Assembly (NCBI RefSeq): GCF_008831285.2
Contig: NC_045138.2
Coordinates: 21,204,001 to 21,268,000 of the forward strand
Reading direction: 5' to 3'
DNA length: 64,000 nt
Source: Nymphaea colorata
Lineage: Eukaryota
The position numbers and the translations under genes were made by a program. The notes beneath the pieces were generated by a model, which worked only from the letters and a program-made list of their open reading frames with translations, did not search any database and was not told the DNA's origin. Position 1 is the stretch's first letter; each line of letters starts with the position of its first letter. Below, in pieces: positions 33,324 to 46,500 of this stretch.

Positions 33324-36300
33324 TACATATATAGATGTCTGGTAGCCGACAGGGGTTAAAAAGAGTCGTCTATGGGATGGTTATAAACAGTGTCACAAAA
33401 GACATGTTTTTTCGAAAAAAACGTGATAAATAAAATTGCCATTTAAAACTTAAAAAAACACATTTTTTTGAAAATGTTTTAAAAACGGTAAAAGAGTTCA
33501 TGTTTTTTTTCATTTTCTATTTTTTATTTATTGCAAATCTATTTATTTTTTGATGTTTGTGTTATTAGTTTATCTCTTATTTTATTTTCCCCTTATTTTT
33601 ATTTTTTTTTTAAATTTTGAAAAATCTACTGTATTTTCCCCCTTTTTTTCAAACTCGTATTGTACCCGATAAAAACCTTGCCATTTAAAACTCAAAAACG
33701 GTATTTGTGACTATGGTTGTGACACTTGTAAATAGTGGAGGTTAGTTGAATAAGACCCTAAGTCGGGTCAGGCCTGGAAGCCCAGTAAGCAGTTTGTGTA
33801 TCTGAACATCTAGTTCTTTTTTCATTGCTTTCCCCATTCTAGAGTTCCTTGGATTTTTAAGTAGGTTAATGGATCTTAAACAGCATTATAGGATGGTGAA
33901 AAGATTCATATGACACACAAAGTCACTTGGGAGTTTGGGACCTTTTTAACTTCTAATAAGTTCTTCTATTTACTCATGACTAGATTCTATACTATTTTTA
34001 GGGTATCCCTCTATGGCACTGGGAGGGTATGATTCACTTGTACATGTATATTTGTCAACTTGTTCACTCCCATGATGTTGACAAGGTATAAAATCTGTGC
34101 CTTCATATCCAGTATGGTTATAAATAAAACCAAACTTTATCAAATATGCCATATAAGAAAACCCATCTTCTTTAATGAAATCCTTTCCTTACAATTTAAA
34201 CTCATTTTCTTTTTCAAGAAATCTATATTTCTAGAAACATATCATTCTTAATTTCATAACATTACATCTCTTCGATTTTCAGCCAATAAAGTTACATTCA
34301 ATAGTTTCTAGTGGCAATTTATGTTGTTTTTCTATCAACAAAAAAAATATTTTGCGTCCAGAATCTCTAAGTCTACTTCCTTTTAAAGTTGAAGATAACA
34401 ATTTCACTAATCAAATATAGGATTGTTGAAACTGCCTTGACACAAAAGCTTGTGGGAATATTTTTTAAAATAAAGTCTTAGTGGTTTCAATAATGGTGGT
34501 GGCATTTATGTTCTACTTGATGAGGCATAGGACATAATTTTTGATAACTAATTCAATTATTTTGAAATGATTTTGAATTTTTAAGAGGCACAAATTCTTC
34601 TCCCTAGATCCAATTGAACTATATTATTGTTTTACTCAAATTGATTCTTCATCAAGTTGTAAAATGTTTTCAAACATGTAAAAGCTTCAGATTTGGGTTT
34701 AAGGAAATCATTTGAGCACATTCAGTAAAATGATCAGTAAATGTCATGTAGTAAGTCAGTCTTCCTTTTGATATGACCAGAGTGGGACCCCATACACATA
34801 AATGTACAAAACTGAATGGTGCATGTTCAACAATACAGTCAGCCCAGAGTTTCTCATGGCTGTATTTTGAACATAAAAATACTACCTTCCAGAACAAGTC
34901 CATGGCCCTTCTCAATTAACTTACTTGACAGGCAGTCCTACATTCAACAAGCGTGAGAAGTCAATCTCATAACCACAATCAGACATTTAAAAAATGGATA
35001 AAATTCCAAATTTATTTTGGAAAAATTTTAGTGTTAGGAACAATATAATTTTTCTAAATGCTTTATGCTTTCAAATTTCTAGGTAATGCCTTTGCGGGTG
35101 TGAACTTTAGTGGATAATTTTTCTTTACACAGATAATATGGTTTGATGTCATCTGAAAGGGGACATCAGGGTCATGAATCCAAGACTCTGCTCTTGATTA
35201 TATAGCTACCCTATAAGTTGAAAAGGAACTTTTTAATATTTGTTGAAAGGCTTCCACCAATTGAGATATGGAAACCCCTTATATTTTTTTCTTGTTGACA
35301 TCTGTCTTCTTCATTTTGTTCCTATGGTGGCTACTTTGGCAATCTGGTTTATGCGCCCAGTTCATTAGAAAAATGGAAATAGTGTTTTCTACCTTCTTTT
35401 TTATAGTTTGCAGAGTGTGAAGGCTGTCTTTACATGGTTGCCAGATCTAGTCACAGAAAGTGTATATCTTCTTGACATGCTTGTACAAGAGAAGCTTTAT
35501 TAATAATTGATGCTGGAACTTGCTCAAACTTAGGCCGAAGCCCTAAAAGAAAGACAAACAGATTCTAGGTGTCAATTTGTCTTTTTTTTCATTTCAATAG
35601 CTCCTCCCCATTGAGGTTCCAAAAGTGTTAGTTAATCCCATAGAGAACAAAGAATTCTGTGATAACCCTTTTACCGTTTTTGTTCCTTCATTTGGTAAGG
35701 TGAACCTTATCTGGGATAATAATGTCTTCATTCATCTTTCTGCATAAAATAGCTATTGAGAAAAAGGCATGCTTCTGCTGTAATGTTGAGTTTTAGTTGA
35801 GATACAATTTTTACATCCACAGTGTCTATGAACCGTTTTGGTATCATAATCTTTTGAAGGCTTTTATTTCTCATCCTTATTTAAGGTCACCATTTTGTTT
35901 CAACAAACTTAATGAGCTTCAAATTAAGGATCTAAGTGGTACAACTCTTATATCCCCCTAATCTATTGCTTTAAATATGTTCTGTGGCCATAACACTTGT
36001 CATACAACTTAAATCTCTCTGAGTACAGCAGCTTGCTCTTTTTCTGCCGCTATAAAACAAGGCCAAGTAAGAAAATCTTGCTACCAATATTCTTCGCAAC
36101 AATATTGAAGATTTTTTCAATCAACACACTTCTCCAGACAGCCACTTAGGGAACTATAACCACTTTACAAGTCTTCTTTAATCCCAAGCTCTGATAAATG
36201 TGCATTTTAACTACGTACTCTCTCTCTCTATATATATATATACACACACACACAGAGATAGAGAAAGGGGGCCGGAGGGGGGGAGGTCTCGATCTTTGAG

Positions 36301-37875
36301 AACTGCTTTTTTTGATCAAGTGATAATTTTTTTGAAGTCTATGAAGCATTTTAAGGAAAAGGAAAAATTCAAGCTTCGCACTCAAGATGTGCCAGAGCAG
36401 AATGGATTGAACACCTGATGCCTGTAGTTTATTGGTTTTTACTACAACTTTCTTACCGAAGGATTACTCTTATTGGCAGGTTAAACAGTAATACTTTCCT
36501 AGCAAATATTAGCAGTCCAGATAGGGTGAAATGGCTAAGGTCAAATGGTTCATGGGGATACTGGAGGTTCTATAAATTCTTTTGAGGCACGGGTATAAAT
36601 TTAATGGAAGGTTGAACTGAATATTCATGAGAATAATGTTTAGTTAACGGAAAAAAAAAAGTTAAACATGGTAACAAGGCTGTCATGTACTTCTGGTTTT
36701 TCTGAATCTGATCTCATTTCAACTTACCATGCACTGGAAATGAGACAATCTCCAAACTCAGTATGATTCACACAAGCACAACAATCAAGAACAAAACACA
36801 AAGAACTCAAAAGATCACGATGCTTCAGTAATAATGGCATACAACACTTACCACAAACAGTAAAAATGAAAAGCTCCATTGGCAGATAAGAGTACTCGAA
36901 ATACTGCAATGAAGAGACAAAGGGGCTTCAACCCTTCACCATATGAAACGAAAGCAGCCAAGGGCTAGTTGTTGGGCTTATTCAACGGCCGTCGGCCAGA
37001 AATATGGCCACTGGGTAGCTCAACTACTAGCTGGCCAAGTAATTGGCCAAGAAAGGATACAGATAGAAAGAAGAGTATATCTATGTGTGTGTTACACATA
37101 TATACGTAACAGATATAGTATACCATGCTCACATGCACATGCATGAACAGAATGTCTTGGGAGCAGTGGCGGAGCCAGAAATTTCTGGCTAAGGGGCACT
37201 GTAAGTTTAAATTTCAAATTTTAAGGGCACTCATATGTAAAAAACTGAAAATTAATGAAGTTTCTATATGTAAATAAAGTACATTTTGTGGGCAGGTGTG
37301 AGCAATTACCCACATCAGCTACAACATGGCTCCGCCACTGCTTAGGAGTACTTTGACGACTCTAAAGCATTTGCATTTCTGTAGTCTTCTCTAAAATTAA
37401 TGTCTTAATTTCTGAATGCCGGTGTCCTGTAATTTTTCTGCTTTAGAGCTTGTCTAAACCTCTCTCTATTGTTTAGCTTATGTGCAAAGGAAACAGAAGG
37501 GTGGAAGACGTAGGACAAGGCAGGCAAGGGCTCTTGAGAATGCAAAGAAGGCACCTAAATCCTTTTTGGATATGTTACATGAGGTGAAGGGCACCATAGA
37601 ATTTTTGAATTGAATTTCCATGCAGATGCAATTTACCAATACTGACATTTTTTTTTGTTTTATTAATGCAGGCAAATCTGGAATCTTTGCCTCCAAATAT
37701 ACCCTCTTACCTCACTGCTGCAGTGGGTCCTCCAAGTTCATCCTCCCGTCGGTATTTCTGTTCTGTCTGTGGGTATATTGCAAATTATACATGTGTGCAG
37801 TGTGGGACACGTTTTTGTTCACGCCGCTGCCAAGCTGTACATAATGACACTCGTTGTCTAAAATTTGTTGCTTGA
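30951..37875 (+). CDS. SWC6: SWR1 complex subunit 6 (SEF / ZNHIT1-like, zf-HIT zinc finger; H2A.Z deposition)
   Basis: Exons 30951-31055, 31275-31377, 37477-37583, 37672-37875 (519 nt, 172 aa, GT-AG, phases 0/1/0). Sequence RKVAAKMSAALGSSDNRMQAALARLEALESD...RRTRQARALENAKKAPKSFLDMLHEANLESLPPNIPSYLTAAVGPP and C-terminal HIT finger CSVCG...CVQCG..FCS..C...H....C. Confidence 0.96.
32093..32185. repeat. 31-bp degenerate tandem repeat, about 3 copies
   Basis: TGTCCTTGAT(G)ATT..ATCAAGT.GTA.CA units start at 32093, 32124 and 32155. Confidence 0.7.
33388..33715. mobile_element. hAT-type MITE
   Basis: Termini CAGTGTCACAAA / TTTGTGACTATG; internal repeat TTGCCATTTAAAACT; homologous to 15870-16229; TSD degenerate. 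Confidence 0.65.
33950..34950 (-). mobile_element. degenerate copia integrase remnant
   Basis: ORF 34670..34915 contains PFSFVHLCVWGPTLVISKGRLTYYMTFTDHFT, matching the integrase motif PFxLVHSDVWGP...YYVTFIDDFS. Boundaries approximate. Confidence 0.7.
37164..37340. mobile_element. hAT-type MITE (CAGTGGCGGAGCC family), 177 bp
   Basis: TIRs CAGTGGCGGAGCCA / TGGCTCCGCCACTG; 8-bp TSD CTTGGGAG / CTTAGGAG; ends 136 bp upstream of SWC6 exon 3. Relatives at about 61919, 62235-62405 and ending about 63718. Confidence 0.92.
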
Positions 37876-40579
37876 CATGTGTTGGACTTAGTAACCATTG
37901 CTGCCCACTGTTTCTCATTGTCCGGTTTTTAACCTTGTTTTATTCAATATAGATGTGCTTTATCCATTCTGTCAGTGCTAGCAAAAGCACTTTGATACTG
38001 TCCTCACATTGGGTGGCGACAATTTGAGGTTTCTCTTTCGTACCAGACTATGCCTAACATGCCTTGCAGATGATGTTCCTTGGGAAATGTGTTATGAACC
38101 TGCCTATATGTATTTGGTAGTATCCAACATTATTGTATGCATGGTGGTATCATAATTTTGGCATAACAACAGTAGGAAAAAGTATATCACCAGTCCTAAA
38201 AAATGCATCGTATCTTGCAGTTTATAGGTTAGATCTCCCATGATAATCTAATCCTATCTTAAACTCCAGTTTATTGTTTTGGGAAATGAAGCCCCATGCC
38301 TTATGAGACAACAACATGAGAAACCTGAGGGTGCAGACCTGCTGGTTTTGGGCTTGGCTATGTTCTTCCTTAGAATCCTCCTGGAACTTGCCACATGATC
38401 TTCGCCTGCTGTGGTTGTTTTCCGTTGCTTTCCATGGGGTACATATGTTTTTTCCAAAAGTCATCCTTGGCAACTCGTTTTATTATACTGAATTCAATTC
38501 TGACCCGATCTCTAATGTATTTAGCTGTTCGAAGTTTGGTCCCTTTGCAACGCTGTAGTCTACTTGAGGCCACTTTGTATAGTGGTGTTAGTAAATTTGC
38601 AGGGATGAAAAATTACTACTGAGGTGAAGGCTTGTTTCTTTGGCCATGCTCTTGGTAGGGATTGAAACGTCGAATTAAAAGTGGTAAATGTTTTTGTACC
38701 TTTTCTTTGTTGCATTACACCTAATTAATCTTTATGTTGTTTAAAACATATCCAAGTAATTTTTATGTAGTAAAAAATGCACCGTTTGTTTGTTGTGGTC
38801 CAACACATAGCAAAAAGAAAGTTGGTAAGCACGAAGATGAATGTACTGAGGATATCGTAAGTATTTTAGCTTATTAACTTGTGTTGATGACAGCCCAAGT
38901 TACTTTCACAGGTTTTTTCCAAATCCATCCTTGGCTCATGGGCAATCCATCATTCCGTTTCTTCGACTTTGATTAATAGGTTAAGCATTTACTTGGCAAT
39001 ATGCTTTACGTTATTTTAAAGGTAATTGTATGCATATCGTTGACTCGTACTTTCATTCTGTGAAAGTTAGGAAAACAGTTATACATTTAACTACTAAAGG
39101 TTGAGGGCCCATCCCTCAGCAGGTTTTCACCGAACCACTAGGGCTAATTTGGAATTCTCAAGGAAATGGTAGAGAGGGATTGTAAATTAACAGTAAATCA
39201 TAAATGAAATGGTCAATTTCCTCCAGCCTTGGATCAAATTTTGTTGTTGAGTGGGCACAGATCTCCATCTCTGTAACCGTTTCCGGCAAGAGAATTTTCA
39301 AAGAGCCAATCCATTTTCTCTACTCAAACAGAGATTGTTTTAAGAAACTAATTTTTGAGCCACAAAAATGGAACCGTGTTCAATGTTCTTTTTAGTGCTA
39401 GTGTTCTTTAGTTTATGAGTATACAAAAAACCATTTCCAGCAATTCTTTTCAGAACAGAACACATTTTCTCTTCTTCTTTTTTTGTGAAATTTAGGTGAA
39501 TTCTTTAACATAATTATTCATTCATCTTTAAGAAATTTCATGTGAAGTTAGGTGGGCACCTAAATGCGCACACATACACACAGATATGTTGAACAAATGA
39601 AAATATAAATATTCTATCATTTTGTTGGCTTAGTGTTGGTACAGGCGCACCAGCAGATTATATAGTGACCATCCGATATGAAACCAATATGATTATATAA
39701 CTTCCAGATCTAAATTGAACTGCTGCGTTTCAGGTTCAGCTAAAACCCCGAGACAAGGTTGGAATCAGATACGATATACAAATTCTGTCTACCGTGATCA
39801 AGCCCATATTCAGTTCGTTGGCATCCCTACGAGTAGGGCAGCAACGATGACAAGTTTGGAGAACCTCTAGGAGCAGGAGGAAATCCATGAAGTGATCCAT
39901 TCATGCGCCGTAACAAGCACCTTTAGCAAAAGTTTGGTAAAAAGTCTTCAGATGACATTCTCTTGCTGCAAGGCTGAGGCAATAGACCCACGAGGTAGGT
40001 GTAGCAGGATGTATTGCGGCTAATCCCGAGCGCATACCAGCAGAACATTGGCCGGCCTCCATAGTATGATACTCGAGGTCCTCCCTGCCCATCTACCAAG
40101 TTCACAACAGCTGCATAATTCCATTTTATTCAGAGTACAGAAACTCATCAGTATGTGGTCACCATGCAGAAGATGTATCTTTGTTCATCTACATAATTCA
40201 GCATATCAACAGTCACAACAATCACAGAAGCCTGGATGCAGGCGCATGTGCACCCTGGCAGATGCATTCATGCACAGGCAAGTGAATGCAGAAAATAATA
40301 TCTATCGTTCTTCTTTTTTGAATAAAAATTCAAGGTAGCTGAACTAAGGCCTCGATTGGAATTACAAAATGGAAACCAGAAACCTTTCTGCTATCCCTTA
40401 CCTACTCCACACCATACTGCATGTGAAAAGAGGTCCGGAGGATGCATCCTTCTAGGATAAAAGACGGTTCAGAGACGGAAATCTACTATAACTATTGGGA
40501 CCAAGTATTCCTGGTAAGAATATCCGTACAAAAAAAGCTTCCTGATGTGATTATATGTGAAACGAGAAAGTCAAGCAGG

Positions 40580-43500
40580 CTAGTGCACACGGGTCATCTT
40601 GACCTTTGGCATTGCTTTCTTCATTTGCCGAGCTCGTTCTTTCTCTTCTTTCTTACGAATTGCCTCAGCAGTGAGCTTAGATTCAGCTTCTTCCACCAAC
40701 TTCCTACGTTCTGCTTTCTTTTTCTGTAATGCTTCCTGCCTAGCAATTTGCAGCTCTTTAAACAGTTCCTGAGCTAGCTTAGCTCGAGCAGTTTCTGCTT
40801 TAGAACGAGCCTTCAATGAAAAAGAAAATGAACTTATCAACACAAAGTATGAAATATTAAATGGAAGTATGACACAGATATTGCTCCTGGATGCTTAATT
40901 CATAATGGATAAAACGACAAATGATCATGACAGACCTGAGAACCCAGTTTGTAACGGCCAATTAAATCAATATAGTATGGCACGAGAAGAACCAATCTGG
41001 TCATGTCAGACATTTTGTTTGCTGGAGGAAGGGTGAACTTGAAAATCAACACCTTCCTTTGACTACCAGGATATTGGTCAGAGAAATGCAATGAAATGAA
41101 GCTTTTCCCAAACTTTTCAAATGCCTTTTCACCAAAAACCTGCACATGCCAAACATAAGATGCTGATAAACAGTATGAAGGATAGATTTGTATACAACAA
41201 GAAGGCAAATAAAAGGAAATTCAAGAGAAAAAGCTTGTGTAGCAAGAGCCAACATGCATAATAATAATACTCTTTCTCTATTGCGGACAGCTTATGGAGA
41301 AGGAACTAGTTTTCTTAGGGGAAAAAGGATTTAATGTCGACAATGTGCACTCCATGCTCAATCCTTGCAAAAACTTTGATTCTCCCACCTCTCTTCACCA
41401 CCACTACACCCCATTGTTATCATTTGCTCTATCCTTGGACACATCATCATCATCATCGCCACCATTACTCATTAAGAGGTTTAGGTCACCCTGTTCTCGC
41501 CTAGAGACATAGAACACATCTCTGCCCCTGCCAGAGTTGTCGGTATACTCTCATCAGTACATTAGCAGCCAAATGAAGGGCTCCCATGGCTGTGCAACTT
41601 AGTAGGGTGAAACTGGTAGTGCCCTGATCAGCACTCCCATTTCTCTACTACTACTTCGGACAAATATCAGTAACCTACGGTCCAACAGTTGACAAATTGT
41701 TATGTGGACCTAGATATACATGTTCCAGCTTTCTTTGGCAAAAGAGAAGACCATTATTCTTCTAATAATTTTGAACCTTTTTATTTTGCATTAAATTATA
41801 ATATTAAACTAAAAATCATTTATCCATCTCAGTTTCTAAATCCACATGTCTGTGCATGTCAGTAGCAATATGCAACCCAGATGGGACATGCAACGTGCCA
41901 TTATCCTGGTTTATACTAAGAAGACTGTTACAACTCAATACAAGACAGCAGCACCATCACCCTTCCAACACCAAAACTGTCACCTGTCCACACCCATCCT
42001 CATCTTTCCCCTACTTATGTTTACCTTTTTTTTATTCAAGTCTCCCCCTTAACATACATCTTTTACAACATTTCTTCCTTATTTAGTAGGGTGAAACGGG
42101 TAGTGCCCTGATCGCCACTCCCATTTCTCTACTACTACTTCTGACAAATATCACTAACCTCCCGTCCAACAGTTGACAAATTGTTATGTGGAGCTAGATA
42201 TACACGTTCCAGCTTTCTTTGGCAAAAGAGAAGACCATTATTCTTCTAATAATTTTGAACTTTTTTTTTTTTTGCATTAGATTATAATATTGAACTAAAA
42301 AACATTTTTCCATCTCAGTTTCTAAATCCACATGTCTGTGCATGTCAGTAGCGATATGCAACCCAGATGGCACATGCAACGTGCAATCATCCTGGTTTAC
42401 ACTGAGAAGACTGTTACAACTCAATACAAGACAGCATCACCATCACCCTTCCAACACCAAAACCGTCACCTGTCCACACCCAGCCTCATCATTCCCCTAC
42501 TTATGTCTACCTTTTTTTTATTCAAGTCTCCCCCTTTACATACATCTTTTACATGCTTTCTTCCTTATTCTAGTAAAATCTGAAGCACATCTTTAGTAAA
42601 TGAAAAGGAGACGGAAAGTGATAAGTCAAGTGAAGGTGGGAAATGGATGCCTACATTAGCACAGGTGTGAAGGAAATGCAGTGCGAAATGAAGTGACCTT
42701 TCAAAAAGAGAAGCAGGTCCTTTGATTACCATGATCCAAAAATCAATCATCTTATAAATAAAAATGAACTTTTCCTACTTTTGTTAACAATGAAAACATG
42801 CTCAGCATATGGCCTCACAGGCTGTCACATACAAGTCAATGTGCTCCTGATTCCAATATGAAATTAAAGGATGATGACATGTTGAAGGGGCATGTGAAAA
42901 AGTGAATAGTCATTCTTTGAGTACCAATGGATAAATCCTGCAAAAGGGTTATTCATGCTTTTGCCGCATTTCATCATGGTGTACTTTCATCGAACACTAT
43001 CAAGCCTGCATTCCATAACTTGGCCTTTGTGACATCAGGAAATGGATCTTAGATGATGCCTGAACAACAGACCTAATTCTAGAGCAACTGAGAATGGCCC
43101 ATTTTTCACATATCATTTTTTTTCATAAATAAGAAGAACCAATCTACTCTTTCCATTGAAGTATGTTAATTCAACTTCCACATGCCTTCTTTAATATTGG
43201 CTTGATAGAACCATATTGAGACTTCACATATAGTTCTTTTAGCTCCCCATGTAGAAATACAGCCTTGATGTCTAACTGATGCAATGACTAATCAAGATCT
43301 TATATCTTAAGTTACTAAAACTTTCTAAGTCATGTTTCACAGGATGTGCTTCATGTCTCACCATGCCACCACCAGATGGGAGTACAACTTAGGGGATCCA
43401 TTCAGATCACTAAATTCTTGCCAAACAGATTCTTTTCACAAACTCCAACTACTAATATAAAAAACTTTCCGTTTTTTCCTGCGGGTTTTTTATGTCCTCA

Positions 43501-46500
43501 CATTTAAAGCTGATATGACTTCCACAATATGCATTTTAGTTTCTAGTAATTGGTAAATAACGTCCTCCCATTTGGCACATCTTCCACCTCAACATAAGAG
43601 AAGAAGCTTCCGTTATAGTTGACTGGCTTTATCAACTTGTTCCTTGTCATAGTAATTCATTATTCCACCCGGGCTTTCTGCTTCCTTTGGGGATTCAACT
43701 TGTTTACATTCAGGCAACTCAAGCAAACCTTGTGCTCGTTACATGCAGTTCTACATGTCTTGCTTGCAGAGCTGCTTCGTCCAAGAATGAAGAGACTTGT
43801 GCCAATAAAAAACTCTGTTAGGACCAATCAAAAGAACCTCCCAAGATAGGATTCTTATCTACCTGGGGTGAATCTAAAAACCCAATCGGCAATTACCAAA
43901 AAGAAGGATTCCACTTTTAGATCACTTAAGTTAAAATAATGATTGGAGTAATACATGCTACATTCTAAAAAGGAGTTAGACAACTCTAATATATATAAAA
44001 CATTAGTGACAACCCAACCTCAAAGCATTTCTATATCAACTACTGTAGCATCAAATTTTTTATCAACTACATGCTGCGAGTCAAAATTTGCCAATAAAAA
44101 TAAGTTTGTGAACATACCGAAGTTATACAAATTTTCCACCAAAAAGGAAATGTGAAAAATTACACGTCCAGTTCGTGAGCCTGCCACTTTTTAAAGAAAA
44201 TCTGAACTTCAATGTAACAAATTGACTGTAAAAACACATGATTATCATAGAAATATTAGAAATTATACATTTGTCAAAGAACTCTCACATTCTTGTCTAG
44301 TAAATGTAAAACATTCTTTTGGTGAATTGCATCCTCCAAATATATTTGAACAAACAACCCAAAGAAGATTAAGGTTCTTTCTTCATCATTCAACAAAATA
44401 AAACTGAAACTCTTCAGAATTGAATATGATATTCACCCAATGACATCGGAAATGGAAGTCATTGATCAATTCATTTGGAACTTGGAAACCAATTTGTCAA
44501 CTTAGCCAGCACATGGAACTTTTTTTTATTCAAAATCTTATATGCACCACGAGTTGTAAGCAAGTAAGCATAAACTAGAATCCAACTTTTGTATCATTTG
44601 AAAAAAAGAAAAAAAATTCTCACATGGTTCCCTGTCAAGTATATGAACAAGAAAGTGGAAGATCTATCTGTTATTCCAAAAAAAAAAAATCATATAAAAT
44701 TGTCAGCAATGTCTGCCATCCATTTACACCAGATTGACAGTGTATGCAGGTAGTACTCAATATAGATTAAATTCCTAAACTTAAAAAAAAGAGTAATAAG
44801 ATGCACCTTTATCATCAACATGTAGGTATAGGCCCCCTCATTTAACAGAATTTATGAATTTATGTTTTTTCTTAAACTGACATGCCAGCTTAACATGTCT
44901 TCCAAAATGGCAAGTGGCAACCACAAGAGAAATTGCCACCTTTCAACAGAAAACCTACAATGGAAGGAGCTGAACTTTCTTAATTTAATTGAGTTTATGA
45001 TTCCAAATGAGAACAATCTAGCTTGCAATATAAAGATTTATTATTTACAATTCAAGAGTCAACATCTATACTGAAACAATTCATGCAAGAAGTAAACCAC
45101 TTTTGAAGCTCATTTGTAATACATAATTCTGCATCACATGGCCTCTTTTAAGGATAAAAACCAGACCCTTCAAATTCATGTTAAAAAGTGTTTCAAACAA
45201 AATGTGAACCGTCTAATGCATTTATAAACATTAAAAAAAAAAGTGATCTTAGTACTATCAGAATTTTGATATTATAAGAGTCATTCATATTTTTATTGTA
45301 AAAAAAAACATTATTTAAGTAAGAAAACGATTAACTTAATATATGTTTCTCACCAAATCACTGTTAAGATCATATCTATAAGGTTAGATTGCAAAAAAAA
45401 AAGTAATAATAATAATTAATTTTAATGGATCTCGTCTTTGTCCCATATGCAAGTTATATGGTTTTGATATACTTGATGTTGCCGGATGGTTAAAAATCTA
45501 TTACTAAAAGCACGATAAACAATTGCTAAAAATACCACAAACCATTAATGCATCATAAGCCATCGGTAATGCCCATGTGACAACTGCTTTATAATAAAAA
45601 AAATTTAATATTTTGTCATCCTGCAAGAACTCTCTCTCTCTCTCGCTATATATATATATATATATATATGATTTGCAGATTTTTGTCCAGTTTGGACAGA
45701 GAAATCCTCAGGCCTCTCACAGGCACACCGCCTGGTACATTGGGCAGTGTGTGTATAAAAACTCACCAGTTGACAGGTTAATTCAGAATGAATTGCACGT
45801 CTCCTAGGCCAACCCAGTTTCTGGATTCAAAAATACCATAAACTTGGTAAAAGTGCCCACTACTTGGGCTCATCCAAGTTGCCAGTCATACTTCGACTCA
45901 GGTGAGTTTTCATAAGTTTTTTGGAAAAGGCCTACATGGTTACATTGCCGTGCAACTATATTCCGAAACAGGTAAGATTGGTGAGCTATGCAGCGGTCTG
46001 TAGAAGTGTTAAATAGATTTGATTGCTTTAAACAACATAATTGCTTAAATATGAAAAGAAGTGAGACCAAAGAAAAGCAAAAACAAAGGTTCACTTAAGC
46101 AGATTACCACTGGCAGATTCTTGAAAGCCATTAGAGAAAGGGAAGCACTTCAGAAAATTTTGAGGCTTGAAGAAAATATCACAAGGGAAAGCAAAATGGG
46201 TCACGATCCTCCCTGTCCATGGTAACAATGGTAACCTTCTTTTTTGTGTCAGATAAGAAATGTGATTGTATGTCAAAATGTATTCCATTGGTAGAATCAT
46301 ACATTGAAATAGTTTGCAACTATTAGTGGAACCTTCTTTCTAAAGTGTACGGCAGTTGGAATCTTTTTTTTTTTTCAGAGCGGATTGTCCTTCACAATTG
46401 TCTTTAGATGGCTCATTCTTTTTCAGAGCGGATTGTCCTTCACAATTGACTTTAGATGGCTCATTCTTCTTGTGCTGCCGAGTTTTTTGTTGCTTGTCAG

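Noticed and set aside
41846..42596. Paired similar short ORFs suggesting a duplicated peptide gene
   Set aside because: They are by-products of the 484-bp tandem duplication of TE-derived sequence.
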